Source: Tubulanus polymorphus (lineage: Eukaryota; Animalia; Nemertea). From it: 64,000 bases of DNA. The stretch's first letter is position 1, and every line of letters begins with the position of its first letter. Shown here piece by piece: positions 62,814 to 64,000 of the stretch. A program made the translations under genes and the position numbers. The DNA lies in contig NC_134030.1 in NCBI RefSeq assembly GCF_964204645.1, positions 5,126,778 to 5,190,777 of the forward strand, read 5' to 3'. The notes under the pieces were generated by a model. It ran no database searches, had not been told where the DNA came from, and saw only the letters and a list, made by a program, of their open reading frames with translations.

Positions 62814-63836
62814 TTAAGTTTCGCTGGTCGTCATCTCTTCGTAAACGTCATTGGAGAAGCCGATCTGAGATTCAATACCATTTGATGGTGACTGGTGATT
62901 ATTCCAGTTGATGGTCACATTCGGTTGCTGATCGTTGATCGGCACATAGAGCGGGTTGTCACACACGTAGTTGACTGATGGACAGTCGGATTCGCGGTTT
63001 ACATCATCTTCAATCAGACGCTTTCGCCGCACGACGTCTCTTTTTCTATACGATATAATATTCAACTTTTCATAAGCAAATCTCAATCTATGAGTTTCGA
63101 TAAGGTTCAAAAGACTGAAATGTTCAATGACCGAACTTTACCTTTTGTATGCCACAGTTATTGATATAATTGCGATCACGATGATCAGCGCAACGCCACC
63201 TATAATCGAACCGATCACTAATGCATATGGGAAGGGATCTACCCGGTGGGACGCCATGTTGATTCCAGTCACTGAACTTGTTTTGCTTTCGGTTGAAGGC
63301 ACTATAGCCGTTACGTTTGCCGATGTTGATTTGCTGTAACTCGTCACGTATTCACTAGATGGCGCTGCTGTTGATAGAGAGGTCGTCGAGGTCAATGTTG
63401 AAGTTGATTCAGTCGTAGTCGTTGATTTGCTGTAACTCGTCGTGTATTCACTAGATGGCGCTGCTGTTGATAGAGAGGTCGTCGAGGTCAATGTTGAAGG
63501 CGTTTGAGTCGTTGTCGTTGAACTAGTTGTTGTAGGAGGTAGAACTTTTTCCATCGAAAATAAAGATGAAATAATATTAGATAAAAACAATCACCACAAC
63601 ATAATAGTATATACGTAATTTGTATTAACCCTTTCAGTGCGTCTACACCAATATATATATAAACTTACCCTTCTTGCAAATATAACGTATATAGTGACTT
63701 TCACAATCTGTGACCAACCATCTGATAGTGGAACCCTCACCATAAACCATTTGAATACATTTTTTTTTACTTGGAATGCCATCAAAGATCTTGCTGGGCT
63801 GTTTAGAAAACCAATCGGTGTATACCAATGACGACT
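62814..63836 (-). CDS. C-type lectin domain / mucin-stalk type I membrane receptor, 5' partial; exons 63836-63669, 63544-63142, 63045-62814
   Basis: YTDW..QPS...C...W...C...YIC is the C-terminal half of a CTLD, followed by an S/T-rich stalk, TM ALVIGSIIGGVALIIVIAIISITV, and a cytoplasmic tail with NPLY and YEEM. Confidence 0.8.
63325..63499. repeat. 96-bp coding tandem repeat (32-aa mucin unit, ~2 copies)
   Basis: 63325-63403 repeats at 63421-63499 and encodes STLTSTTSLSTAAPSSEY(T/V)TSYSKST. Confidence 0.92.
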
Positions 63837-64000
63837 CTGATAAAACACAAATAGAAACGTTAGAATATTCCAACAAAAGTAAAGAATAGGACTGAAAAAA
63901 ATGTATACATCGGCGTCGAAAATAACCTCTGATCAATTTTTTCTTCATCCAAAAATAGATCAGCTGGAGATGTTCAGTGGCTGAAACGTTGAGATTTCAT

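Noticed and set aside
63352-63465. Two strong CTCF-like matches (TCACTAGATGGCGC)
   Set aside because: They lie inside the duplicated mucin-coding repeat (APSSE codons), so they are probably coincidental and are not independent.

Overview
This is a compact, AT-rich, intron-containing animal genomic window. It is probably a marine spiralian/lophotrochozoan invertebrate, which is an inference from gene content and intron sizes. Genes in order: even-skipped/Evx (+), PROSER3-like (-), PEX19 (+), two tandem JHAMT-like SAM methyltransferases plus a pseudogene fragment (-), an intronless peptide-type GPCR (-), LRRC28 (-) head-to-head with ETFB (+), CCDC153/DRC12 (-), a 7-exon cobalamin-independent methionine synthase-like gene consisting of the catalytic barrel only (+), MFSD6-like (-), an ER cyclophilin (+), two tandem GPCRs plus a fragment (-), an Ig-Ig-Ig-FN3 receptor with an ITIM-like motif and PDZ-binding tail (+), two orphan membrane-protein genes (-), and the 3' part of a C-type lectin/mucin-stalk receptor (-). 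Small non-autonomous transposon-like repeats, a tRNA-derived SINE-like head and microsatellites are interspersed. The most notable item is the spliced 'core' MetE-like enzyme with all zinc ligands intact in an animal. Next come the JHAMT-like tandem array, the allorecognition-like IgSF receptor, and a readable Wnt/TCF-Cdx-CTCF motif landscape around Evx. Exon boundaries were derived by hand from GT-AG sites and reading phase. No database searches were run.
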